In this document: piece after piece, positions 20,728-30,294 of the stretch
How the letters are laid out: each line of letters begins with the position of its first letter
Position numbering within the stretch: position 1 is the stretch's first letter
From: Obrimoposthia wandeli
Taxonomy: Eukaryota
DNA: 64,000 nt
Direction of reading: 5' to 3'
NCBI GenBank assembly: GCA_977020255.1
Contig: CDROCS010004567.1
Coordinates: 1-64,000, forward strand
Notes under the pieces: model-generated
Databases searched by the model: none
Told to the model about the DNA's origin: nothing
The model's input: only the letters and a program-made list of their open reading frames with translations
Position numbers and translations under genes: made by a program

Positions 20728-20825
20728 TAAACCCAATCTCCATTATGATGGGGGGTGGGTATGCCGCAGAGATAAAATATTAGCGGTGAGAAATACCCTT
20801 GCTGGTGTAAATTTATATATTTTGC

Positions 20826-21614
20826 TTAACTGCTCTCTTTGATTGGCTGTTGGTTTTTAACAAAGCCAAGTTCAATGGAAATTGACTTACCTGCTTTGAC
20901 TAGGTGTTTGACCCATTCATCTTTACGTCTATCAATCGGTGCTGACACCGATAATCCGGCAACAACTTCACCGTATCTGTCATATAACAATACACCAATA
21001 CAACCTACACCTATTTCTGCTTCTTCATTGTCATAGGCGAAGCCTTGTTCAACACAGCGCATACATTCACGCTCTAAGCTTTCTATTTCTGAAAATGTTT
21101 TACGGGTATAGGTTGGCAAGTTTGTGCGATGAGCATATCCACTAATGCCTTCACTTCCTTCCATGCCTAACATCATTTTACCGACACCTGTTACATGAAG
21201 CGGCGCACGGCTACCAATAATTTGTTGAACATGCATCATTCTGTTGGGAATGGCCTTTTCTACGTAAATAATCACATCACCTTCACGCGTGGTGAGGTTA
21301 ATGGTTTCACCAAATTTATCTCGAAGTTTTTCCATGTAAGGTATTGCTACTTTACGAAAATCCACGTGTTGAGATTGATAATTGCTGAGCCTAATGAGTC
21401 GGCCACTTAGCTGGTACTTGCCTGAATTGTCCCGATCAACAAAATGATTATCGATAAGGGAATGTAATATGCGAAAAGCAGTAGATGGCGCTAAGTTAGT
21501 ATCAGCACTAAGCGCCTTTAATGTTACCGGCATGGTATAGCGTGATATAGCGTCTAGTAATGTGGCTGCTCTATCTATTACTTGAATGCGAGATTCTGGT
21601 TTAACTTTAGTCAT
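20826..21614 (-). CDS. bhcR: IclR-family regulator BhcR
   Basis: IQVIDRAATLL HTH; APLHVTGVGK; GFAYDNEEAEIGVGCIG; divergent from bhcBCD, as in characterised bhc clusters. Confidence 0.8.
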   Translation of the reverse strand: MTKVKPESRIQVIDRAATLLDAISRYTMPVTLKALSADTNLAPSTAFRILHSLIDNHFVDRDNSGKYQLSGRLIRLSNYQSQHVDFRKVAIPYMEKLRDKFGETINLTTREGDVIIYVEKAIPNRMMHVQQIIGSRAPLHVTGVGKMMLGMEGSEGISGYAHRTNLPTYTRKTFSEIESLERECMRCVEQGFAYDNEEAEIGVGCIGVLLYDRYGEVVAGLSVSAPIDRRKDEWVKHLVKAGKSISIELGFVKNQQPIKESS

Positions 21615-21818
21615 AATATTACCGCTTATTTACAGGCTCAGTTTTAATACCAATCAAACTAACTAAGTGATCTTTTTAAATGGTCTAAACATCCAATAAC
21701 ATTGTTGCTCTCAATCGCAGTAGCCAGCTATTGCTCAATCAAGCGTTTTGTTCTTGAAGGTTTACTCTCATTAAAATTTGACCCATTACTTATTTGAATT
21801 GCTATAACATCTCTTTTC

Positions 21819-21834
21819 TTGACTCATGTGTCAA
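21819..21834. promoter_or_regulatory. 16-bp palindrome TTGACTCATGTGTCAA (putative RutR-like TetR operator)
   Basis: Near-perfect palindrome; the same motif recurs at 31211 and 48831. Confidence 0.7.
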
Positions 21835-21903
21835 CTTTATATTTTACAATTTTTAATATAGAGCTAAAACCGACAAAAACCATCATTAATTCGAGCTTGT
21901 CGA

Positions 21904-22063
21904 TTTCACATCGTGGAATCTGTAGGTTTCCTTGAACTCAGTATTCATATAGCCCCTTATTTATCAGGGGTATGCATAGTGTTTGACCATAATAAAAAAC
22001 TGACATTTCACATGGTGGAATCCATCTTGTTTGCCTGAACCGGCTGTTTTCCATAAGGTGAAA
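21904..22063. promoter_or_regulatory. Three IclR-type sites: TTTCACATCGTGGAA (21904), TTTCACATGGTGGAA (22006), TTCCATAAGGTGAAA (22049)
   Basis: Repeated 6-3-6 imperfect palindromes between bhcR and bhcB. Confidence 0.7.
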
Positions 22064-22222
22064 TTGAAGCAAAAAAATTAGTTACAGATTAAACATCATC
22101 TACAAATTAAGAGTCACCTTGAGACTCATATAGATACATACGACTTACCACACGATTAATGTCACGGCTAAAACCACGACTAACATGACGGCTAATACCG
22201 CAAGAGATATTAAGAGGAACCT

Positions 22223-23200
22223 ATGAGCAGTTCACCTAAACCAACCATGAATATTCCAAGCTATGAGGATGTACTCGTTGCCCACGAACGTATTAAACCC
22301 TTTATTCACGAAACACCCGTATTAACCTCACGTTTCCTAAATGAATTAACAGGTGCTGAGCTGTTTTTTAAATGTGAAAACCTGCAAAAGGCAGCTGCTT
22401 TTAAAGTGCGCGGTGCCTGTAATGCTGTTTTTGGTTTAACAGACGCTGAAGCAAAAATTGGTGTTGCTACACATTCATCAGGTAACCATGCTTTATCGTT
22501 ATCTTATGCAGCCGGACGACGTGGCATACCCGTTACCGTAGTGATGCCACGTACAGCGCCGCAAGCTAAGAAAGATGCTGTCATTGGCTACGGCGGAATC
22601 ATCGTTGAATGTGAGCCTTCTACTAGCTCACGCGAAGCCGTATTTGCTGAAGTTGTTGCCGAATCAGGTGCTGATTTTGTTCATCCTTACAATGATCCAC
22701 GCGTTATCGCAGGTCAAGCCACTTGTGCTAAAGAACTCGTTAATCAAGTCCTTAATTTAGATACTGTGGTTGCGCCAATTGGCGGTGGCGGCATGATATC
22801 AGGCACCTGCTTAACACTATCTACTACTAATCCGACAATAAAAATTTATGCGGCAGAGCCTTTGAATGCTGATGATGCTGCGCGCTCATTTAAAGCCGGT
22901 CATATTATTGCCGATGATGCTCCAGAAACAATTGCCGATGGTCTAAAAGTTCCACTTAAAGATCTAACTTGGCATTTCGTTAAAAATCATGTCACCGATA
23001 TTTTAACGGCAACCGAAGACGAAATTGTCGCGGCAATGAAGCTTATTTGGATCCGCATGAAAATTGTAGTGGAGCCAAGCAGCGCGGTAACCCTAGCTAT
23101 TATTTTGAAAAACCCCGAAGTATTTAAAGGCAAGCGTATTGGGGTAATTCTCACTGGCGGTAATGTCGATTTAGATAAATTACCGTGGATGAATAAATAA
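22223..23200 (+). CDS. bhcB: Beta-hydroxyaspartate dehydratase (PLP, Ser/Thr dehydratase fold)
   Basis: FKCENLQKAAAFKVRGA, THSSGNHA, VMPRTAPQAKKD, ECEPSTSSRE, VHPYNDPRVIAGQ, GGNVDLDKLPW closely match Paracoccus BhcB as recalled; context with bhcC and bhcD. Confidence 0.88.
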   Translation: MSSSPKPTMNIPSYEDVLVAHERIKPFIHETPVLTSRFLNELTGAELFFKCENLQKAAAFKVRGACNAVFGLTDAEAKIGVATHSSGNHALSLSYAAGRRGIPVTVVMPRTAPQAKKDAVIGYGGIIVECEPSTSSREAVFAEVVAESGADFVHPYNDPRVIAGQATCAKELVNQVLNLDTVVAPIGGGGMISGTCLTLSTTNPTIKIYAAEPLNADDAARSFKAGHIIADDAPETIADGLKVPLKDLTWHFVKNHVTDILTATEDEIVAAMKLIWIRMKIVVEPSSAVTLAIILKNPEVFKGKRIGVILTGGNVDLDKLPWMNK

Positions 23201-23311
23201 GCCGACAAGTACCACAGTAAAAAATAAAACGAATTCAAATTTCGGTTCAAGTTCAAATTAAAAATCATACAAAAGCTCAATCTAAAAATTATCTAAATAT
23301 TAATTAAAATT

Positions 23312-24472
23312 ATGGAGAAGAAGATGACAACAGTAAACGATTTAGAAGTAGGTTATGACGTTCCGGCACTTCCAGGTATGGATGAAGCGGACATTCAAAC
23401 ACCTTGTTTGATTGTTGATTTAGACGCTTTAGAGCGCAACATTACTAAGATGGGACAATTCGCTAAAGAGATGGGTGTTCGCCATCGTGTGCATGGCAAA
23501 ATGCATAAATCTGTCGATATAGCACTTCTACAAGAGAAACTGGGTGATAGCTGTGGTGTATGTTGTCAAAAAGTATCAGAAGCCGAAGTTTTTGCGCGTG
23601 GCGGTATTAAAGATGTTTTAGTGTCTAACCAAGTACGTGATCCAGCAAAAATAGACCGTTTAGCACGTATACCTAAACTTGGTGCTCGTACTCTTGTTTG
23701 TGTTGATGATATTGAAAACGTTGCTGAATTAGCGGCTGCGGTTAATAAACATGACACGCAAATTGAATGTTTAGTTGAAATTGACTGTGGCGCGGGTCGT
23801 TGTGGTGTAAGTGAAGGTCAGCCAGTAGTTGATATCGCTAAAGCGATTGCCGCAACACCGGGCTTAACTTTTTCTGGTATTCAAGCTTACCAAGGCGCTA
23901 TGCAGCACATGGAAAACTTCCAAGAACGTAAAGAGAAGATCGATATCGCTGTTGGTATGGTTGCTCGTACAATCGACATGCTTAAAGCAGAAGGGCTTGA
24001 GTGTGACATCGTTGGTGGTGGCGGTACAGGTTCATATTACTTTGAAGGCAATTCAGGTGTTTTCAATGAATTACAATGTGGTTCTTATGCATTTATGGAC
24101 GCCGATTACCAACGAATTCATGATGAAAAAGGTGAACGAATTTCAGAATTTGAAAACTCATTATTCATCTTAACGTCTGTTATGAGTCACACCAAAGCTG
24201 ACAAAGCTATTTGTGATGCGGGTCTTAAAGCGCAATCAGTAGATAGTGGTTTACCGTACATTTTTGGTCGTGACGATGTTGAATACATTAAGTGTTCTGA
24301 TGAACATGGTGTTATTTCAGATGCTAACGGCGCATTAAAAATTAATGAAAAGCTAAAACTAGTACCAGGGCATTGTGATCCAACGTGTAACGTTCACGAT
24401 TACTATGTTGGCGTACGTAATGGCAAAGTTGAAACCTTATGGCCAGTTTCTGCACGTGGTAAAGCGTACTAA
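23312..24472 (+). CDS. bhcC: Beta-hydroxyaspartate aldolase (3-hydroxy-D-aspartate aldolase)
   Basis: EVGYDVPALPGMDE..IQTPCL, HGKMHKSVD (PLP Lys), ELQCGSYAFMDADY, PGHCDPTCNVHD, WPVSARGK. Confidence 0.92.
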   Translation: MEKKMTTVNDLEVGYDVPALPGMDEADIQTPCLIVDLDALERNITKMGQFAKEMGVRHRVHGKMHKSVDIALLQEKLGDSCGVCCQKVSEAEVFARGGIKDVLVSNQVRDPAKIDRLARIPKLGARTLVCVDDIENVAELAAAVNKHDTQIECLVEIDCGAGRCGVSEGQPVVDIAKAIAATPGLTFSGIQAYQGAMQHMENFQERKEKIDIAVGMVARTIDMLKAEGLECDIVGGGGTGSYYFEGNSGVFNELQCGSYAFMDADYQRIHDEKGERISEFENSLFILTSVMSHTKADKAICDAGLKAQSVDSGLPYIFGRDDVEYIKCSDEHGVISDANGALKINEKLKLVPGHCDPTCNVHDYYVGVRNGKVETLWPVSARGKAY

Positions 24473-24484
24473 TAAGCTATTTAT

Positions 24485-24509
24485 GCCCTCAGTCTTTGTT
24501 GAGGGTTTT
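24485..24509 (+). terminator. Weak intrinsic terminator or stabilising hairpin between bhcC and bhcD
   Basis: CCCTCA-gtctttgt-TGAGGG followed by TTTT. Confidence 0.4.
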
Positions 24510-24532
24510 GCTATTTTTCTAGGACATTAATT

Positions 24533-25555
24533 ATGAGTGATTCAAAAGAAAACCATTTACCAGAAAGCTCTTTACCAGTTAGAAAAGGCGTATCTGTAGT
24601 TTCAGAAGCGGTATGCCAAGAAGTTATGGGTAGAGCCGATGCTTTTACTGCGGTAGAAAACGTGTTTTCTGCTATGGCTAAAAATACCGCCTACAATTTT
24701 CCGGTAATACGTGAAGCCATTGGCCATGCGGATGCTCTCTATGGTTTTAAATCAGGCTTCGACCGTGACGGTATGGTGCTAGGTTTAAAATCAGGGGGGT
24801 ACTGGCCAGGTAATGTGCAAAAAGATCTGACTAACCACCAATCCACCGTGATTTTGTTTGATCCTGATACAGGCCAGTTAAAATCCCTTGTTGGCGGCAA
24901 CTACTTAACTGCCGTGCGTACTGCTGCCTCTTCTGCTGTTTCTATCGCGCATTTAGCCCGTAAAGATTCAAAAGTGCTAGGTATGGTAGGTGCAGGTCAT
25001 CAATCTACTTTTCAATTACGTGCTGCTGTTGAGCAACGTGACTTTGAAAAAATTGTTTGCTGGAACTTCCACCCTGAACAAATACCTAACCTTGCCGCAG
25101 TGGCTGAAGAATTAGGTTTACCGTTTGAATCAGTAACGCGCGAAGAACTTTGTGCTCAAGCGGATGTCATTATTACCATTACTTCAGCTTTTGAGGCGTT
25201 AATAGATAAAGACTGGATCAAGCCCGGCACTCACATTGCGTGTATGGGAACCGACACTATAGGTAAGCAAGAAGTTGATGCTAAATTACTGACAGTAGCT
25301 AAGGTCTTTACCGATGAATTAGCGCAATCAATTATGCTGGGTGAAGCCCAACATGCGATTGCACAAAAACTCATTCATCAGAGCGATATTGTGCCAATTG
25401 GTGAAGTGATTAACGGCACTAAAACCGGCCGTACTTCAGCAGAGGATATTACCTTGTTTGATGGTACTGGTGTTGGCTTACAAGATTTAGCTGTAGCCTC
25501 AGTAGCTGCTGAATTAGCTGAAGCTAAAGGGCAGGTTACTTACTTCAACTTATAA
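24533..25555 (+). CDS. bhcD: Iminosuccinate reductase (ornithine cyclodeaminase/mu-crystallin family)
   Basis: AYNFPVIREAIGHADALYGFK.GFD, GGYWP.N, NHQSTV.LFDPDTG, GAGHQS.FQ, FDGTGVGLQDLAVA. Confidence 0.9.
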   Translation: MSDSKENHLPESSLPVRKGVSVVSEAVCQEVMGRADAFTAVENVFSAMAKNTAYNFPVIREAIGHADALYGFKSGFDRDGMVLGLKSGGYWPGNVQKDLTNHQSTVILFDPDTGQLKSLVGGNYLTAVRTAASSAVSIAHLARKDSKVLGMVGAGHQSTFQLRAAVEQRDFEKIVCWNFHPEQIPNLAAVAEELGLPFESVTREELCAQADVIITITSAFEALIDKDWIKPGTHIACMGTDTIGKQEVDAKLLTVAKVFTDELAQSIMLGEAQHAIAQKLIHQSDIVPIGEVINGTKTGRTSAEDITLFDGTGVGLQDLAVASVAAELAEAKGQVTYFNL

Positions 25556-25797
25556 CACTACTTTTTAGCCAGATAAGTTAATAAATAAGCCTTTTCAAAG
25601 GCAACAATTCACTATGGCTGTTTATTCATTTAAACAGTCATTTTTTGCTGTCTAAAATTAACTCGTTAACAACATAATCCTAAAAAAGTCCTGAAATAAA
25701 AGTGATGTTAATTATGTGAAATTATCAGCCATTAAGTTAACGTAGTAATAGACTTTGATTTTCTTATTAGAGCGTACAATTACGCTCGCTAGAATAA

Positions 25798-26229
25798 ATG
25801 GAGATGACAGTGTTAGCAGATAAATTTTGCTTAAAATTAGAAAGCCCAACGGTTGCAGACTTTTTGACATTACGCAGTAGAGTGGGATGGGGCGATCTTG
25901 ATGCGAACCTCGCCGAAAATAGCTTAAATAATAGCTTGTTCCATGTGAACATTCGACACGAGAACCAACTTGTTGGTATGGGAAGAGTCGTTGGTGATGG
26001 CGCTATGTATTTTTACATTCAAGATGTGATTGTAGACCCAAGCTACCAAAAAATGGGTATTGGCGCGGCGTTAATGGATCAGATAGAAGACTATTTATCT
26101 GATGCCACTAACCAAGGTTCTACTATTGGTTTGTTGGCTGCACAGGGCAAAGAGGCCTTTTATAGTCGTTATGGTTACACCCAAAGACCTAATAGTTCTT
26201 TAGGTCACGGCATGTGTAAGTTTATATAA
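25798..26229 (+). CDS. GNAT-family acetyltransferase
   Basis: GMGRVVGDG...IQDVIVDPSYQKMGIG, FYSRYGY. Confidence 0.85.
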   Translation: MEMTVLADKFCLKLESPTVADFLTLRSRVGWGDLDANLAENSLNNSLFHVNIRHENQLVGMGRVVGDGAMYFYIQDVIVDPSYQKMGIGAALMDQIEDYLSDATNQGSTIGLLAAQGKEAFYSRYGYTQRPNSSLGHGMCKFI

Positions 26230-26371
26230 AACTCACCAAACAGAACGGTTAGGGCGAAACTTGACGGTATCTAGACTATAAATTATGTGGGATATCGCTA
26301 GAATACTTAGCTATAGTTAATCATCCATTGCTAACCACCAATGAGCAATTCATTAAATAAGGTTCATCATT

Positions 26372-26929
26372 ATGTTTAAGCCGTTCACATTAGTTGCTTT
26401 ACTCTTCGTAGGTCTTTCATCAGCCGTTTTCGCAGAGACACTTAAATTATCTAGCCAGGATATTGCTGATGGAGAGTTCATGTCTAAAGCCCAAGAGTTT
26501 AATGGCTTTGGTTGTGCCGGTGGTGACTTATCGCCACAGCTAACGTGGTCGGGTGTACCTGAAGGTACGAAAAGTTTTGCGATTACGGCCTATGATCCTG
26601 ATGCACCGACAGGCAGTGGTTGGTGGCATTGGCAAATAGTGAATATTCCTCATACTGTGACCGAAATAGCCGCAGGCGCCGGCAGTGCTAAAAATGACTT
26701 AGCACCCGAGGGCAGTGTGCAAATAGCCAATGATTTCGGTTACCGAGGATTTGGTGGCGCTTGCCCGCCAGAAGGTCACGGAGTGCATCATTACCGCTTT
26801 ACCGTACATGCATTATCGGTAGAGAAGCTAGAATTGCCAAAAGAGGCGTCAGGCGCGTTAACGGGCTATATGATTAATGCGAACACTATTGCGACAAGCA
26901 CAATAGAGTCTTTATATAAACGCGACTAA
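26372..26929 (+). CDS. YbhB/YbcL (PEBP/RKIP) family exported protein
   Basis: Signal peptide; GDLSPQLTW, YDPDAPTGSGWWHW, GGACPP.GHG.H.YRFTV.AL. Confidence 0.9.
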   Translation: MFKPFTLVALLFVGLSSAVFAETLKLSSQDIADGEFMSKAQEFNGFGCAGGDLSPQLTWSGVPEGTKSFAITAYDPDAPTGSGWWHWQIVNIPHTVTEIAAGAGSAKNDLAPEGSVQIANDFGYRGFGGACPPEGHGVHHYRFTVHALSVEKLELPKEASGALTGYMINANTIATSTIESLYKRD

Positions 26930-26940
26930 TACCACCATTT

Positions 26941-26966
26941 AAGTAGAGCCACTTAAGGCTCTACTT
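26941..26966. terminator. Bidirectional terminator hairpin
   Basis: AAGTAGAGCC-acttaa-GGCTCTACTT between convergent genes. Confidence 0.7.
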
Positions 26967-26989
26967 ATACCAACCCTATTAAGTCATAG

Positions 26990-28129
26990 TTAATTTACTT
27001 GCGCGGATACAGTGCCACTTACTTTTCGACTATTTTTCCAACGTCTCCAAGAAAGCATCGCGCCGGTATACACTAACAAGCATGCAAACAACGAAGCCAA
27101 ACCTGCAATAGTTTGTCCAAATGGCCCAAAGACTTCACCAGTATGAAGAAACCTAATATAGCTGCGTAGCTTGCTATAGTTAGATAGTTGTTCAAATGTT
27201 TGTTCTTGAACCACATCACCTGTTGAGGAATCTAATAATATCGAAACACGTTTTTGTGGTTCACCACCATTGCCCATATCCACACGGTAAATTTTGCTGC
27301 TAGTCGGGGCATTATCCAATGAGAATTGAATGCTTTGCCACTGTGGGTAATATTGTCTTATTTTGGTTAATTGCTTAACAATAGGCAGTAGTAATTCACC
27401 TTGTTGAGCTGAAACTTCTACAGGCTTAGCGAGCGAAACTGATTCGGTAGATACATAGTTTTTAAGCGTTTGACCTGGCCATTTGTATGAAAAAAATACC
27501 GCAGTAACCACCACTACAAAAAGTACCGGTGCGATATAAATACCAAAAACATTATGCCATTGATAATTTCTCGCACTCTTGTTTGGGTAATTTCCAGACA
27601 AGGTTAACCTTTGCTTGAATGCTCTGTTGTTAAATCGTTTAGGTAGCCATAAATAAAGCCCAGAAAGAATTAAAACAATAAAAATGATATTGGCAATACC
27701 ATTGACCTCTCGCCCGGTTTGACTGAATTTTCCATCGAAGGTTAGCCAACGATGAAAAGCTCTTAATTTACGGAAAAAAGTTTTGGTGCCTTGACCGGGT
27801 ATCGCTATTTCTGCCCCAGTATAAGGATTAAGATAAGCTAATGTTTTTCTGCCATCTTTAATAATAATCGGTGCATTGGGCTGATTTTCTACCACAACTT
27901 GAGCGACTTTTTTGCTTGGGTATTGTTTAGCTATAATTAAAAGCTGTGACAGGGGCAATTTTTTATTTGATGCGATTGGTGCTTCAGGATAATCGCTACG
28001 TTCGGCGGCTTTAATCATCTGACGTTCATAGGTTAATGCAACACCCGTGAGAGACATTAAAAAAATAAAAATAGCAGCACTACAGCCTATTATTAAATGC
28101 AGCCAAAAAAAAGTTTTTCTTATATTCAT
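26990..28129 (-). CDS. PepSY-associated TM-helix protein (iron-regulated membrane protein family)
   Basis: FFWLHLIIG, LSLTGVAL, RAFHRWL, QWHNVFG, FLHTG; ATG at 28129. Confidence 0.85.
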   Translation of the reverse strand: MNIRKTFFWLHLIIGCSAAIFIFLMSLTGVALTYERQMIKAAERSDYPEAPIASNKKLPLSQLLIIAKQYPSKKVAQVVVENQPNAPIIIKDGRKTLAYLNPYTGAEIAIPGQGTKTFFRKLRAFHRWLTFDGKFSQTGREVNGIANIIFIVLILSGLYLWLPKRFNNRAFKQRLTLSGNYPNKSARNYQWHNVFGIYIAPVLFVVVVTAVFFSYKWPGQTLKNYVSTESVSLAKPVEVSAQQGELLLPIVKQLTKIRQYYPQWQSIQFSLDNAPTSSKIYRVDMGNGGEPQKRVSILLDSSTGDVVQEQTFEQLSNYSKLRSYIRFLHTGEVFGPFGQTIAGLASLFACLLVYTGAMLSWRRWKNSRKVSGTVSAQVN

Positions 28130-28304
28130 GAGTTTACCTAAAGCTAGCACTGAAAAGCCCTGATATATCCCTGAGCTAGAAAACAAGGTAAGTCTTTTAT
28201 GGACTTAATACGCGTTTAGATAACATTGCAGGGGGAGCTTTGTCAGTATTGAAGTGACATTTTGAGGATTGTAAAACATTTTTATAAAATAAAATATAAT
28301 TGGA

Positions 28305-28319
28305 TGCGAATCATTCGTT
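28305..28319. promoter_or_regulatory. Possible Fur box TGCGAAT-C-ATTCGTT
   Basis: 7-1-7 arrangement resembling TGATAAT-N-ATTATCA, upstream of a PepSY_TM gene. Confidence 0.4.
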
Positions 28320-28370
28320 ATTAGATGTGTTTTTTGCAGATATCATGATCTAGTTATAAAAGATGGCTAT

Positions 28371-28397
28371 AAAAGCCGCTAAAAGTAGCGGCTTTTT
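28371..28397 (-). terminator. Intrinsic terminator of the malic enzyme gene
   Basis: AAAAGCCGCTA-aaag-TAGCGGCTTTT. Confidence 0.85.
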
Positions 28398-28422
28398 CGA
28401 TTAAATGAATTAAGGCAGTAGT

Positions 28423-29670
28423 TTAGATTTCATTCATATAACCATCAGGTAAAGGCAGTGCAGCAACGCCTGAGTCAACCGCAGCTTTGGCAACGGCTAA
28501 GGCAACGTTTTTGCATAACCTTGGATCCATCGGGCGAGGGATAATGTAACCTTTACCAAAGGATAATTCCTTTTCATTACTTGCTTTTAAAACACTTTCC
28601 GGTACATCTTGCTTGGCTAGCTCTCTAATCGCATGGACCGCAGCTACTTTCATTTCGTTATTAATCTTACGCGCTCGTACATCTAAAGCACCGCGGAAAA
28701 TAAAAGGGAAACATAAAACATTGTTCACTTGATTTGGGTAATCAGAACGACCTGTTGCCATAATTAAATCACTTCTAACACTGTGCGCTAATTCAGGTTT
28801 TATTTCAGGGTCTGGGTTAGAACACGCAAACACAACAGGGTTGTCTGCCATTTTCTTTAGCTGATCCGTGCTAAGTAAGTTAGGACCAGAAACACCAATA
28901 AAAACATCAGCGCCTTCAATGACATCATCTAAGGTTCGTTTGTCGGTGTTGTTGGCAAAACGGGTTTTATATTCAGATAAATCATCACGGCGGGTATGAA
29001 TAACGCCTTTCGTGTCGAGCATGTATATTTTTTCACGCATTGCGCCACATTGAATTAGCAACTCCATACATGCAATAGCAGCTGCACCGGCACCTAAACA
29101 AACGATATCAGCTTGTTCAATTTTCTTATTTTGAATTTCTAGGGCATTAATCATGGCAGCAGCCGTCACGATAGCAGTACCGTGCTGGTCATCATGGAAT
29201 ACCGGTATTTTACAGCGCTCATTTAATGCTTTTTCAATGATAAAACACTCGGGTGCTTTGATATCTTCTAAGTTAATACCTCCAAAACTATCCGCAATAG
29301 CAGCCACCGTATTGATGAACTCTTCAGGTGTTTTATGCGTTACTTCAATATCGAACGAATTAATGTCTGCAAAACGTTTAAATAATAAGGCTTTACCCTC
29401 CATTACTGGCTTAGATGCCATCGGCCCTAAATTACCTAAACCTAATACGGCAGTACCGTTTGAGATAACGGCAACGGTATTGCCTTTTCCTGTGTATTTA
29501 TAAACATCGTCAGGATTTTTGGCGATTTCTCGACAAGGCTCAGCGACGCCAGGACTATAGGCTAGTGATAAATCAGCACTTGTTTCGGCGGGTTTTGTGA
29601 TAGCAATGGCAATTTTTCCAGCCGTTGGTAAGGCGTGATAATCCAGTGCTGCTTGTTTAAAATCAGACAT
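28423..29670 (-). CDS. maeB: Malic enzyme, short form without PTA domain
   Basis: LSLAYSPGVAEPC, GKALLFKRFA, INLEDIKAPECF, FHDDQHGTAIV, GRSDYPNQVNN; ATG at 29670 (MSDFKQAAL). Confidence 0.9.
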   Translation of the reverse strand: MSDFKQAALDYHALPTAGKIAIAITKPAETSADLSLAYSPGVAEPCREIAKNPDDVYKYTGKGNTVAVISNGTAVLGLGNLGPMASKPVMEGKALLFKRFADINSFDIEVTHKTPEEFINTVAAIADSFGGINLEDIKAPECFIIEKALNERCKIPVFHDDQHGTAIVTAAAMINALEIQNKKIEQADIVCLGAGAAAIACMELLIQCGAMREKIYMLDTKGVIHTRRDDLSEYKTRFANNTDKRTLDDVIEGADVFIGVSGPNLLSTDQLKKMADNPVVFACSNPDPEIKPELAHSVRSDLIMATGRSDYPNQVNNVLCFPFIFRGALDVRARKINNEMKVAAVHAIRELAKQDVPESVLKASNEKELSFGKGYIIPRPMDPRLCKNVALAVAKAAVDSGVAALPLPDGYMNEI

Positions 29671-29879
29671 TATTGACCTACTTCTTATAGTGTTAAGGTT
29701 AGAAATTAAGACGGTAATCAACGCTTTCTTTAGGGAACATGTTGAATACCAAAATTAATCCGTTTGGTATGAGTTGTCGTAAAGTTATATCGTTGTTTTT
29801 GTTTTAATAAGCTTCAGATAAATCAGTGAAATGCACCTTTCATCAAGAAAGTCCCCTAATACCTGTTAGCAAGGATATA

Positions 29880-30142
29880 TACCCGCTCCACTTGAAGATG
29901 CTCGTTTCAGGAAGCCGGAGCGAGTCATAATCAAGGCACATTTTTTTGTTAAGGGTTATTCCCTTAAAAACAAATGTAACGATGAATATGTTTTGCTCAG
30001 GTCTGTCCAAAGGGCTGGTTTATAAACGCTTTATGCCACGTTATTGATTTCGACAATAGAATAACTATTCTCTTCAATCAATGCCTTGCCTAAAGGCGTT
30101 TATAATTCCAGCTGAATCCTGCATCTTCAAGTGGAACGGGTA
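29880..30142 (+). mobile_element. MITE family 1, intact copy (263 bp including flanking TA)
   Basis: TA-CCCGCTCCACTTGAAGATGC ... GCATCTTCAAGTGGAACGGG-TA; about 22-bp TIR; no ORF. Confidence 0.9.
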
Positions 30143-30220
30143 TAAGTAGGGTTGAAGAGTGCAAAATACTGCGCCACAGTAGTGGGGTTCAGTATGGCGT
30201 TTTCAAAAAATGTGGATAGT

Positions 30221-30262
30221 AAAAAGGCTGCCAATAAACACAATGAAATTGGCAGCTTATTT
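30221..30262 (-). terminator. Terminator of the outer-membrane channel gene
   Basis: GCTGCCAAT...ATTGGCAGC stem with T-tract on the minus strand. Confidence 0.65.
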
Positions 30263-30294
30263 TAATTTACGGGTATAAATAAATTAATTTGGTA

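Noticed and set aside
20579-20842. 87-aa ORF (similarly 15959..16216 and 50153..50434)
   Set aside because: Largely MITE sequence and overlapping real genes.
22125-22226. Short ORF ending in an ATGA overlap with bhcB (…YHTINVTAKTTTNMTANTARDIKRNL*) as a bhcA remnant
   Set aside because: About 30 low-complexity codons with no recognisable aminotransferase motif; cannot be supported without an alignment.
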